A DNA stretch of 64,000 nucleotides from Chiloscyllium plagiosum (lineage: Eukaryota): NCBI RefSeq assembly GCF_004010195.1, contig NC_057732.1:39531916-39595915 (forward strand). The letters are read 5' to 3'. This document shows, one piece after another, positions 48,241 to 60,450 of the stretch. A program made the position numbers and the translations under genes. The first letter of the stretch is position 1. Every line of letters starts with the position of its first letter. The notes below the pieces were generated by a model. It was given only the letters and a program-made list of their open reading frames with translations, was not told where the DNA came from and did no database searches.

Positions 48241-51200
48241 CCTTTTTATTCTTTCATAAATTCATTGAAGTCTTGACTAACCCAGTAGCAATAACTACCA
48301 CTAACATTTAAACATGGTGGTTGCTGCATGCACTTATCCATCCCACATTCTCATTCACATAATGAGTTATAATTAGGACTCCAGCTCTGATCCCTGTGAC
48401 ACAACATTTGCACACTGGGCTCCAGTAACACAGCCTTCTACTACCCCCCTCTGTCTCCTGTGGCTGAGCTAATCTTGGGTTCATCTTGCCAAGTTACCCT
48501 GGATCCCATGATCCTTTCATCTGTTTCCAATTTGGGACCTTGTAAAAGGCTTTGTTGAAGTCTAGACTACATCAACCACGCTACCCTGATCAACACACCT
48601 GGTGACCTCCCTTAAATTCCATCAGACCTATTAGGCATGTGCTCCCTATGTTAAAGCACACTGATGATCCCTGATCAAGCCTTGCCCCTCAAAACGGAGA
48701 TTAATTTTCTGTAATAGATCAGAGTTATAGGAAAACTATGATTCCTCAATCTATCTCTACCACTCTACTCGGAAAGTGGAACTACATTAGCTGTCCTGTT
48801 ACCTCCCCCATGACGACAGAAAATTTAAAAATTTGAATCCGACACCTGCAATTTCCTCCCTCATCTTACACAGCAACTTGAGATGTAATTCACCTGGACA
48901 GGGGACTTGTTCATTTTTTAATCCACTAAAGCTTCCAATACCACCTCACTGCTTATCGTTCTGATCAAAAGCTTCACAGTCCATTGTCTTGAATTCTATT
49001 CTTGCATCCTTCCCCTTGGGTCCTTATCATTTTTTTTTGTTAAAAAGAAATGCTGAAGCGGGAATGTCTATTTTATGCTGTCCTCGGGAGAGGACATTGA
49101 TCTTTTGGCCTAATCAAAAGTTGCTGAACATAATAACCTGCTAGCTCCTTTTTGGCTGATTTGATTGAAGGAGTGAATAATGAACTAATTGGCCTATGGT
49201 TGGTGTCTGGGCTATGGACGAAGAGCTGATCTTTGTAACTTTTGCAATTGAGAAAACTGAACTGACCTCCAGGGTTACTAGTTGAGACTGGAACTGTGAA
49301 TACAGATTAAATTTGAGGACTGGAGAGTGGAGAACATTAATAAAGATGATTTGGAAGCTGATTGTTGTACTGACCTACTTGATTCACTGTCTTTTTATTT
49401 GGAGAAGAAAATTGCTACCTTCAGTCTGTTGAATGTGCAATTCTCTAATCCTTTTAAATTTGCATTTTAACTCCGTTTGAAGTGGTTGAGCAACCTCCCT
49501 TCATTAACCTACTAAGAATAGCAAGATGTTTTGAGAATGCACGTTTTGCCATGTGGGCTAGGATTTATTTGCCAACTGTCTCTGCCTGTTTGCAGTTTTG
49601 TCACAACTGCTGTTAAGACCTCCAGTTGGGTTTTCATTGGCTGCTGGCAGCCTGCAGGGCTACTACTATCAATTGGAATAGTGCTTGAGAAAGGAATGAG
49701 ATTTGGTGTTTCTGCAGCAGTGGAGACTGAGCTAGGAAGGTAAGTATAAGATGGCTTAAGATATTAATCACTATCACATGACATTCCAACTGTTTTGAAA
49801 TCCTGAACAAAGGGAAGTACACCTTTTTAAGCTGATCCTTCAGTTAAGTGTGTTTTTTAAACATGTTTGGTTTTTTAAAAAAAAAGACTTTTTTTTTGTT
49901 TTTGCTTTCAAAATCCTGGGTTTCAGTAACCAGCATAAGAATAAATTCAAAAATTGTACTGTTCATGATTTCCCTATTTGTCCCATTTTGTAACCATTAG
50001 ACTGCAATTAGCTGGTGGAAGATTGAGACCCTGTAGTGGATTGTTGGTAGTCACCAACAGAGAGGCTGCAATTTTTAATCACTGTACCTGTTTTGACTCT
50101 CCTCAGTGACAGGTGGGAATTGAACGTGGACGCACTTCTGGTCTAGAGATAGGGACGCTACCATTACACTTGAAGACTCCATTAGGACCTGTTGTGCAGT
50201 TGACTGTGTAAATGAACAAGAATTGTTTAATAAGTGAGCATGTATCAAACTCTTAGATCAAGGTTAAACTGCTGAAAGATGTTTTCACATCCCTTCCTCC
50301 CATTGCAGATTTCTCTAGTGCTGGAACACTGTTATACAAATTACTTTGGTAACTCAACTTAAGTCGCTCGCTCTCGCTCTCTCTCTCTCACCCCCGTTCC
50401 CTTTCTTTCCTTCCCTTGAAGTGAAGAGCCTGAAATGATCAGTATTATGGTCTTGCTGAGCTGGATGGCATAAATATTTGAAGTTAGCGGACACAGATGG
50501 CATTTGTTTTTGTGATGCAGTATACTGATATTTTGTACACCAAATTGGCTGTACGTTTGGAAATCCGTATACCTATAAAACTGGTTCTCACAAAGTCAAG
50601 TTCTTTGAAGAGTAATTTGAACTTTGATATTGTTGAAATGACAGTAAGTCATCTAAATATGTGAAATTTGGCAACTATGCCAAAACATAAGTAACAACAA
50701 AATTCAACATCTCTGGGCAAAACTTGCAGATGTCTTTTTAAAGCTAGGTTAAAAATCATATGAAACTTGCTAGAGCATAATTCACAGGAGTTCTCCGGAA
50801 CAGAACACTTGGATGTGGAAGAATTATGTTATGCTGATTTTTACAGGTATATAGGTTTCTGATGACAGCAAGTGTGTTGTGCCTTTGGGTACTGCTTGTT
50901 TTTCCAATTGGTACCAAGTACAGGAACAGTTTAGCAACTTTCAGGTACTTTCTGTTTGAAGCATCATTACTTGATTTTATTTATCACCTTTGTTTGGAAG
51001 ATGTAGAAATAATTGGCAAAACTCCATCCTTGTATCACTCATTCTTGCTGCTTGTTTCAAAGCTGGTAGTGCACCACCTCTTGAACAAATGAAGTTTGAG
51101 TGTTATCTGTGCTCTGTTGTGTTTTAGGGGAGGGAATTCTAGAATCTTGACCCAGCTGTGATGAAGGAATAATATTAAATCCTATATCAGTCTGGCACAC

Positions 51201-52874
51201 AACCACCCAATACTAGTGTGTTCCCATGTGTCTGCTACACTTGCTTTTCAACACCACCTACCATCCAGAAAGAGCCTTGGAAATTGCTGAGCTGCTGCAA
51301 TGCAGTGTATGTTTAATGGTTGAGGAAGTGAATGTTTTAAGGTGATTAGGTGGATGCTGGTCAAGCAGGTTGACTTTCTTTTGAAGCAGCATTTGGCTGT
51401 GCAAGTAGAGAGTTTTCCAGCACAGTCTGATCTGGCTTTGGGAACTTAAGGTAAATTGCTGTAGAATTTTCCCTCTGACCTTCTCTTAGAGCCAAAGTAC
51501 TTCTGTGGCTGGTCCAGTTGAATTTGTGGTTAATTGTAATCCCTAAGCTCAGATGTTCTGGTCTTGGTACATTTGGCCAAAAAAATTGCATTATTACCTG
51601 AGGAGTTGCAGATAAAACTGTACACTACAAACATTCCCACTGCTGACTTCATGATGGAAAGGCTTTAAAACAGCTGAAGATGGTTAAGCCAAGGACACTA
51701 CAGCGAGGAACTCTTCAGTGGTATCCTGGGAATGAGATAATTGACTTCCAATGACCATGACATTTTTTTTTCCTCTTGCATGATTCCAACCGGTGGAGCA
51801 TTTTCCCTCTGATCCTCAATGTCTGCAGTGCTTTTCAGCTCCTTGATGATGCGCTGTTGATGGTATTATCCTTCCTCTGTCTGTTTTTGAAGTCTGGAAT
51901 TAGTGGTCCTGGCAGAAATCAAAATGATTAAGTGCTGCTTGATAGCACTGTTGCCAACAATCATCTGTCACTTGAAAGAAAGTGAGACTGAGGCAGTACT
52001 GATTTGGATTGGATTTCTCCTGTTTTATTTTGGTGGAGAGGACATAACCAGACGACCTTTCTTTTTAATGTAGATACGATGTTATTGCTGTGTTAGAACA
52101 ATCTGACTTGGGACACTTTCAGTTTTACACCTGGGATGTAGTTGAGGCCCACTGCAATCTTATGTTCAGCTGTCTCTTACTACTTTCATTTGATATCAGG
52201 AAAGAATATTTTGAGGTTAGATCTAACAACAGGATGCCAGGAACCATTCAATGTTAAAAATCACCTAAATGTACAATTAAACTTGACAGCCTAACTCTAA
52301 TAGCTGCCAGACAAGTCAAATTGAAAATGCCGAGCAAAACCTAAAACTCCATTTTAAGATGTTTGTTCGCCCTTCAGAGTATTTGTGCGAGTTGTTTTTA
52401 AGCAGAATGCTATTGCAGACTTCTGTGATGTATAGGCAATACAAAATTTATGAATTGCATGAACAGGAAGTCTAGTTCCTTATCCCCACTGACCTTCTCA
52501 AAGTGAACAGTAGGCTATTCAGCCCTTTGAGCCTTCTCCACCATTTTTGTTATGAACTTGGTTAATCTGCTATCTCAACAACATATTCCTGCTTTCTCTC
52601 CACTTGACTTGATGCCTTGTTTATGTTAACTTATCAATCTATCCTGAATATACTGAGACCAGCCTCCACTGCTTTCTGTGGATGTGAATTCCACAGGTTG
52701 ACTGAGTGAAGAAAAATGTTTTTCTCCTCTCCACTCCTGAATCGGGGACTCCCTGCATCTAATCTTTCCAGCCCTGTTATAATTAATCGGATCCAGTGTT
52801 TCCATTCCCTGTCCTTTTTTTGGCATTGACCTCAATTGAGCATTTGAGGTCTGAATGGTGTTTCTGTTCATTAT

Positions 52875-53430
52875 CAGATGTACAACATGGAAACAGACAC
52901 TTCGGTCCAACTCGTCTGCTGACCAGATATCCCAACCTAAGCTAGTCCCACCTGCCAGTACCTGGCCCATATCCCTCAACCCTTCCTATTCGTATGCCCA
53001 TCCAGATATGTTTTAAATGTTGCAATTGTACTCGCCTCCGCCACTTCTTCTGGCAGCCCATTCCCCACACATACCACCCTCTGCATGAAAAAGTTGTCCC
53101 TTAGGTCTCTTGTATCTTCCCCTTCCCCTACACCTATGCAGTCTAGTTTTGGACTCCCTCACCCCAGGGAAAAGACCTTTACTCTATCCATGCCCCTCAT
53201 GATTTTATAAACCACCTATAAGGTCACCCTTCAGTCTCCAGTGCTCCAAGGTAAACTGCCCTAGTCTATTCAATCTCTCCCTATAGCTCAAATCTTCCAA
53301 TCCCAGCAATATCCTTGTAAATCTTTTCTGAACTCTTTCAAATTTCACAACATCCTTCAAATAGGAAGGAGACCAGAATTGCACACAATATTCTGAAAGT
53401 GGCCGAACCAATGTCCTGTACAGCTGTAAA
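52875..53430 (-). mobile_element. CR1 LINE 3' fragment (same subfamily as 7551-9541)
   Basis: Minus ORF LYRTLVRPLSEYCVQFWSPSY..ERVQKRFTR. Confidence 0.9.
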
Positions 53431-53744
53431 CTTACCTGACTTCCTGATCCCCACCATAGATGAAATGCATTTTTGCCTGGCCCTGTAATTCTCTCCCAAA
53501 CCCCTGCCCTTTCAAGTCTCTCCCTTCCTTTAAGACTGCACCTAGTGTGCACCCCCCCCCCCCCCCAACACCTGCCTCTGATGACAAACCTTTTTAAAAA
53601 TAGAAAATCTTTTTCCTAGTAACCAACACACAGGGTTTTCTATTTTTAAGGCTGTTGCTTTAATGCATCAATAAACATTTTAGATAATTTAGGATACAAT
53701 TAGAGATTCCTTAATAACTTGATCAAACCCATGTCACATTTAAG

Positions 53745-54800
53745 TTTGTGAGGTGAGTGACAAACCCTTGACATCAAAGCTGCATTTGACTGAGTAGCAT
53801 CAAGGAACCCGAGCAAAACTGGAATCAGTGGGTATCTGGGGCAAATTCTCTGGAGTCATACCGGTTATGGTTCTTGGTCAGTCATCTCTGTTCCAGGACA
53901 TCTCTGCAGGAGTTCCTCAGGGTAGTGTTCAAGGCCTAACTATTTTTAGCTGCTAAATCAATGATGTTGCTGCCATCATAAAGTCAGAAGTGGGGATGTT
54001 TGCCGAGTTTTGCAATGTTCAGCACCGTTCACAACTCCTGATACTGAGACAGCCCATGTTCGAATGTAGCAAGAACCAGATAATATCCAGGCTTGGGCTG
54101 ACAAATGGTAAGTAAAATTCACCCCACACATGCCAGGCTTATGACCCTTGCCAGTAAGAGACAATCTGATCACTACCTCTTGGCATTTACCATTGACCAG
54201 AAACTCCTCGTCCCAAACACTGACTGCAAGTGCAGGTCAGAGGCTACAATACTGCAGTGAGTAACCCACCACCTGACTCCCCAAAACCTGTCCATCATCT
54301 ACAATGCACAAGTCAGGAACTTAATGGAATACTCCCTACTTGCCTTGATGAGTACAGCTCCAACATTCAAGATGCTTGATACCATCCAGGACAAAGCAGT
54401 CCTTTTGATTTGCACTCTATCCACTCTCTCCACTGCTGACACTCAGCAGTGTGTACAATATGTAAGATGCATAGCAGGAAATTACCAAAGCTCCTCAGAT
54501 AGCACCTTCTAAATCCTTGACCGCTTCCATCTAGAAGGACAAGGGCAAGATAATCGGGAATGCTAGCATCTTCAAGATCCCCTCCAAGCCATTCACTTTC
54601 ATGACTTGGAAATATATCACCATTCCTTCACTGTCACTGAGTCAAAACCCTGGAATTTTAATGACTTTAAGTCAACTCACAGCAGTTGGACTGCAATGTT
54701 TTTGACAAGGTAGCTCACCCCCACCTTCTCAAGGGCAACTAGGGACAAGCAATAAATGCTGGCCAACCAGTGACACCCACATCCCACAAATGAATAACAA
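53745..54800 (+). mobile_element. Decayed LINE RT fragment (distinct CR1/L2-group family) with 3' tail; an older minus-strand copy lies at about 51000-52150
   Basis: GACATCAAAGCTGCATTTGAC (DIKAAFD); GGAGTTCCTCAGGGTAGTGTT (GVPQGSV); tail GCAATAAATGCTGGCC..CCCACATCCC..ATGAATAA. Confidence 0.75.
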
Positions 54801-55094
54801 AACTTCTGAGTGCATTGTTGCCTGTCTAAAATCCTGATCTCAATCCAGGCTTTAACAATTTCTATGAATCTCCTGCATTCTTCTTTCATTTAAAGGTACT
54901 TACGCCCAATTTTCTGGGCGTCCGAAGCAAAATATCCTTTAGTGACCCCTTGGACTTTAATTCTCCATGTATCATGTTTCTTTGAACCAGGAATCTGTCC
55001 ACAACAGTCCTCTACATGTAACTTTTTTTTTAAAAATGTTCTGGGATTTACATATGAAAGAACTGAAACCAATATGGTCATCCTTAAAGATGAG

Positions 55095-55285
55095 AGATTA
55101 AACAAACAATCCAGGTCTTTTTAATATATAATTTCAGTTACATCACACTGTAAACCTTCTTGCTTTAATTTCTGTCTTTGGATCTTATACTCCACAACCA
55201 CCTGATGAAGGAGCAGTGCTCTGAAAGCTAGTGCTTCCAAATAAACCTGTTGGACTATAACCTGGTGTTGTGATTTTTTTAACTG
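55095..55285 (+). mobile_element. Penelope pseudo-LTR fragment (family C) with intact minimal hammerhead
   Basis: CAC-CTGATGA-A-GGAGC-AGT-GCTCT-GAAA-GCTA-GTG at 55199-55233, then AATAAACCTGTTGGACTATAACCTGGTGTTGTG. Confidence 0.7.
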
Positions 55286-55833
55286 TTTTACATGACTTTT
55301 TTTACTTGACAGCTGTTCATAAGTGATTGCTGTAGAGTCTTGTTTCAATCTCATTGAATCTCATGGTGGGAAAGTACACACATTTTCTGTGACTGAAGAA
55401 ATTGAGATGCTGTTACTGGGAAAGGAAGCAAGATACTTGCCAAGCTGTACATTTTTGTATAGAGATGAAATTCGTCTTTTCTCTACACTTTAATGTATGG
55501 TATGATTTGTCTGTCTGGCTAGCATGTAAAATAATACTTTTCACTGTACCTCTACAGTGATAGGTTAACCAAAACTTGCTCAGCCAGTTCGCTACTTTTT
55601 TTCTCATTATATTTTTCTAGACATTGCACAATTTGGTTTGCATTCCAAGCTAAATTAAGAGTTTTGACTGAACACAATGCCATCATAATGAATAGCATAA
55701 GCTTTTAAGTTGAGGCAATTTCACATCTGCCTCAGATCTCCTTGAACTTGTTAATCTGAACATTTTGTGGCTGTAAAGGTTAATGTAGAATTCTTTGGTG
55801 TCAGCTTACTGAGGACTTTTCTTCTGTTGTTAG

Positions 55834-55968
55834 CTCCCTCTCCCTCCCAAAGCCTAAGATCAGAAGCACCTCTCTATTCTTTGAGCCTATGGGACAGGCA
55901 CTGTGGGCTACATCTGCAGACTGACATGATGGATACCCCTTCATCACTTACACCAAAATTATTTGCAG
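55834..55968 (+). CDS. Candidate CAX exon 2 (symmetric phase 1, N-terminal tail)
   Basis: TTTTCTTCTGTTGTTAG acceptor; open 135 nt PSPSQSLRSEAPLYSLSLWDRHCGLHLQTDMMDTPSSLTPKLFA; CAG|GTTAGT donor; no homology support I can cite. Confidence 0.55.
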
Positions 55969-56806
55969 GTTAGTCCAGCTCTTGCAGCATTTACCCCCAC
56001 CACAATGAAATCTCTAAAATGTAACTAGAGCAAATTTGGGCTTTATTTGTGTTTGGCTTTTCTCATTGCATGGAGCTCCCATGTTGACTCCTAATGAGAA
56101 TCAATTGGTGTGTATTGTTTTTATTGGAATAATTTGGGCAAATTTTTCCAAAGTTGATCATTGCTCACAAGTGACCTGGCCATATTGTTTGGGATTACTC
56201 AGAATTTGTTTCTACCCAAATACTCAAAGTTCTTTCTGGTTCCCTACCTTAAACCCATTGCAGTGTTACTATTACCAGACTGAGGAGGAGGGGAAAAAAA
56301 GTTGACTTTTTCAATGTCAGTTGTGGGCTTGTGTTCTATCAAGCAACTAGTTGAAGCAGCTCACCAGGTTATAGCAGCTACCACTAAAAGGAGATTAACT
56401 CGGTTTCTAGTGGTGCACAGGTTAAGTATTAAAATTCCCAGAGCAATAGTCTGTGTGGGCATGCGATCATTTTAAAATCACATCTTTCTTCACTTTTGTA
56501 ATACTGAACAAAGTATTACTGTTTGCTCCTTTTTGTAGTTCTAAGGATGCTTTGAACAGTGTGTAGTAGTCCTTTCCTATATATCATATTCTTTTTCCTT
56601 TTCTTTAAAGGTTTCTTTTCATCTCTGAACAATTGATTGATTTGATCAAGTCACATGCATGTATCTGGACTGGTTTTAAGTGGTACTTGTTTTAAATTCT
56701 GGTTTTTGTTATGCTTCCAACTGGAGGTCACACCATGTGGAAAGCTTCCTTCTTAAAAGGGTTGACTATTTGCTCTTTTCTAAACCTCTGTTTTGGTTTA
56801 TTGCAG

Positions 56807-56940
56807 TGACCTGTTCGACACCAACACACAATCATTCATGTGAAGGAATAACGTGTCCCCACTGCCTAATGACAACCACAAAAACTACGCTACTGGCAGA
56901 AAATGAAGTCGAAGCACAAAAACTGGCCAACAATTACAAG
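56807..56940 (+). CDS. CAX exon
   Basis: TTGCAG acceptor; TCSTPTHNHSCEGITCPHCLMTTTKTTLLAENEVEAQKLANNYK; the AENEVEA.KLANNY segment resembles vertebrate cax1/cax2; AAG|GTTAGT donor. Confidence 0.85.
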
Positions 56941-57394
56941 GTTAGTAGAATGTTTGCGCAATTATGTTCCAACAGTGTTCTATGTATCTCACGAAAGTAG
57001 AAGATAATATTATACATATTTAAAATCAAATATGATTCCTTTTTGGGGAACCTGGATAGCCTGGGTAAAATTCGTTAGTATAGGATGCTAAGATTGAAGG
57101 GAATCAAATGAGAAACCATGTTGAATTGGGCTTTCTAAAATTAGTGAGATCCTTTGAAAGAAGGCAGCTTAGTTTATCCATTTGAGAATATAACCAGCTC
57201 CATGTTGGAATAAGGAAGGTTTGGGACATTATATTGGGGAATGGGCAATAAGGGTTGTTCTGAGCTTTGCTGTAAAATGGAACATCAATGTACCCTTCCC
57301 TAATTGAAGGCAAGGGGGAAGAGTTCACTGCATGAGGCATGTTTAGTACATTTTTGACAGTCCCTTTATTACAACCTCTTTTCTTAATTTGTAG

Positions 57395-57503
57395 TTTGGG
57401 TTCAAGAAATGGAAAAGCCACGTGACGCAGAGACCTTTAGAAGATCGTTCTGCAATAGTGAAAGAGCTGTATTCAGATCTAAATGTCATCAAACAATATT
57501 CAG
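57395..57503 (+). CDS. CAX exon
   Basis: FGFKKWKSHVTQRPLEDRSAIVKELYSDLNVIKQYS; the FGF..WK motif is typical of type-2 CAX/Vnx1; 109 nt. Confidence 0.9.
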
Positions 57504-58361
57504 GTAATACAATGCATGGAGTTCTTCACGTTTTTTTCATTTGTACACCATTTTGGAAAAGCAATGCAAGTCCAAGATGTCCTATTCTTGGACTGTTTCT
57601 CAATTTATTCTAGTGTATTCACCTCATTGATTTGAGCAGTCTTTACTGAGGTGGGTATGGTAGGAAGCATGAAGGTGGGTTTGGCTGGTGATTCAGTTAG
57701 TGTGGCAAACCAAACAAAGCTCTTGAAAAGGTCTGAATTTTGTCCATTAGATTCTAGTCTGAATAGAGGCTGAAGCAGAGAGTCTGTCTTCTCTCAAATT
57801 GAGAAGAGTAAGATTATCGCAGTGTATAAACTCTTTAAGGGATTGTTGAGGTTGATTGTAGAGACGTTGTTCTCTTTTTCCCTGATCTTATGTCTAGGGG
57901 AATGGGGAACTAGGTGTGAGTATCCAGTAAAGTGTTGGTCACTTAGCTCTGTGTGAGGAGTTTTTACAGTAACTTGTGTACAAAAAAAAAAGCCCCAAGG
58001 CACTTTACAAGAACATTGAGTATATTTTATGTACAGTGACCCAGAACAAAAAAAATCTAGATGTTTTGCTGTGTTTGCTAGTTCAACTTCCCTGGAGATT
58101 GTTGCTTGGAGCATGGGCTGAGTATTGCTGGCAGCACACTGAGCACGCTGTCTTTTGGCTGAAAAGGTGCTGATTCCTTCTACCACCATGTTTCTAATTT
58201 TTGACTCTTAAACATTTCATTGGCTGAGCTTGATTAATTCAGCAAGCTGGAAATCTAACTTGGGAACCGGGCATGCTGTCTTGAAAGTACTACATGAACA
58301 GATCCTGACTTTATCTGAAAAGCCTTTGTGAAACCAGGGAATTATAGTGAGTTGACGATAA

Positions 58362-59860
58362 CAGTGGGCAAGTTGTTGTAGGGAATCCTGAGGAACAGGA
58401 TGTACATGTATTTGGAAAGAGCTGAAAAATGTGTTGCTGGAAAAGCGCAGCAGGTCATAAATGCCCGAAATGTCGATTCTCCTGCTCCATGGATGCTGCC
58501 TGACCTGCGCTTTTCCAGCAACACATTTTTCAGCTCTGATCTCCAGCATCTGCAGTCCTCACTTTCTCCTATGTATTTGGAAAGGCAAGGACTGATTAGG
58601 GATAGTCAACATGGCTTTGTGTGCGGCCAATCATGTCTCTCAAACTTGATTGTGTTTTTTATTTGAAGAAGTAGCAAAGAGGATGGAGGACAGAGTGGTG
58701 GACATAATCAGTATGACCAGTAAGGTGTTCGGTAAGGTTCCCCATGGGACACTGGTGAGCAAGGTTAGATCTCATGGAATACAGGGGGAACTAGCTATTT
58801 GGATACAGAACTGACTCAAAGTAGGTGGTGGTGGAGGGTTGTTTTTTAGACTGGAGGCCTGTGACCAGTGGAGTGCCAGGAGGATTGGTGCTGGGTCCAG
58901 TAGTTTTTGTTGTTTTTATATAAAATGATTTGGATATGAGTTTGAGGTGTAGTTAGTAAGCTTGCAGATGACACAAGTTGGAGGTGTAGTGGACCGCAAA
59001 GGACATTACTACAATGGGATCTTGATCAGATGAGCCAGTAGGCTGAGAAGTGGCAGATGGCGTTTAATTCAGGTAAATGGACAGTGCTGCATTTTGGGAA
59101 AGCAAATCTTAGCAGGACTTATACACTTAATGGTAAGGTCCTAGGGAGTGTTGCTGAACGAAGACCTTGGAATGCAGGTTCTTAGCTCCTTGAAAGTAGA
59201 ATTGCAGGTAGATAGGATAGTGAAGGAGGTGTTTGTTATGCTTTCCTTGATTGGTCAGAGTATTGAGTACAGGAGTTGGGAGGTCATGCTGTGGCTGAAC
59301 AGGACATTGGTTAGGCCACTGTTGGAAAAGTGCGTGCAATTCTGGTCTCCTTCCTATCGGAAAGATGTTGTGAAACTTGAAAGAGTTCAGAAAAGATTTA
59401 AAAAGGATGTTGCCAGGGTTGGAGGATTTGAGCTATAGGGAAAGGCTGAACAGGCTGGGGCTGTTTTCCCTGGAGCGTCGGAGGCTGAGGGGTGACCTTA
59501 TAGAGGTTTATAAAATCATGAGGGGCATGGATAGGATAAATAGACAAGGCTGATTCCCTGGGTTCGGGGTGTACAGAACTAGAGGGCATAGGTTTAGGGT
59601 GAGGGGATGTAAAAGAGACCTAAAGGGGCAACTTTTTCTCACAGAGGGTGGTATGTGTGTGGAATAAGCTGCCAGAGGAAGTGGTGGAGGCTGGTACAAT
59701 TGTAACATTTTAAAAGGCATCTGAATGGGTATATGAATAGGAAGGGTTTGGAGGGATATGGGCTAGGTGCTGGCAGGTGGGACTAGATTAGTTTGGGATA
59801 TCTGGTCGGCATTGACGAGTTGGTCTGAAGGGTCTGTTTCCGGACTGTACGTCTCTGACT
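58362..59860 (+). mobile_element. CR1 LINE RT/3' fragment (same subfamily as 7551-9541)
   Basis: Colinear with 8010-9540; ORFs YLERQGLIRDSQHGFV and LEKCVQFWSPSYRKDVVKLERVQKRF. Confidence 0.92.
58420..58570. mobile_element. Penelope family A fold-back mini-element inserted in CR1
   Basis: 14-bp TSD ATGTATTTGGAAAG at 58406-58419 / 58571-58584; inverted arms AGCTGAAAAATGTGTTGCTGGAAAAGCGCAG / CTGCGCTTTTCCAGCAACACATTTTTCAGCT. Confidence 0.88.
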
Positions 59861-60093
59861 CTTTTTTTTTTTTAGAAAATTTACTGCAGTATCTGCTGTG
59901 ACCTCCCCAGCCTTTGAAATTATGCTGGTTTGTTTTGTACAGCTGATGGCACAAACATTGGCTTGGGGCTAGAATGTGTGCCTGAGTTGCTAGTGTGTTC
60001 GCATTGGCTTGCTTGCAATGATTGATGAATGCACCCAAAACCTTTCTATCTGTGGCCCACTGTTGAATTCTCATCCATTTCTTTTTCTTTCAG

Positions 60094-60210
60094 GATCTCT
60101 GTTTACCCTTGGCAACCTGTTGTACGTGCTGTTGTTTGGATGGTGGGTCGCCATGCTGTACCTTATAATTGCTATACTTATGTTTGTTACAGTTGTGGGC
60201 ATACCTCATG
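60094..60210 (+). CDS. CAX exon, first YccF (DUF307) membrane repeat
   Basis: GSLFTLGNLLYVLLFGWWVAMLYLIIAILMFVTVVGIPH fits the YccF pattern (N..W..FGWW...T..GIP.G); G|GTAAGT donor; 117 nt. Confidence 0.92.
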
Positions 60211-60324
60211 GTAAGTTCTGTTGGGCTGTTGAACTTCCTGTACAAATAAAGGGCCTCCAGCCCTATCCTGTTTAGAGAGCTGTGATACAGGATAATGCGT
60301 ATGCATACTATATTGACCAAGGGC

Positions 60325-60450
60325 TTGATTTGCTTAGTTTGTAATGCAGAGTGATACCAACAGTGGGTTCAATTCCTGCACCAGCTGAGGTTACCATGAA
60401 TGACTCTTTCTCAACCTCTTCCCTCCCCTGAGGTGTGATGACCTTCAGGT
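60325..60450 (+). mobile_element. tRNA-derived SINE
   Basis: B-box GGGTTCAATTCC at about 60365-60376; reverse complement of 38205-38415. Confidence 0.6.

Noticed and set aside
50774-50854. Additional CAX exon (HNSQEFSGTEHLDVEELCYADFY)
   Set aside because: The acceptor lacks a pyrimidine tract and the better donor (after 50846) breaks frame; not supportable without RNA data.
56321-56420. Additional CAX exon ending FLVVH
   Set aside because: 100 nt long and phase-incompatible with the 56807 exon.
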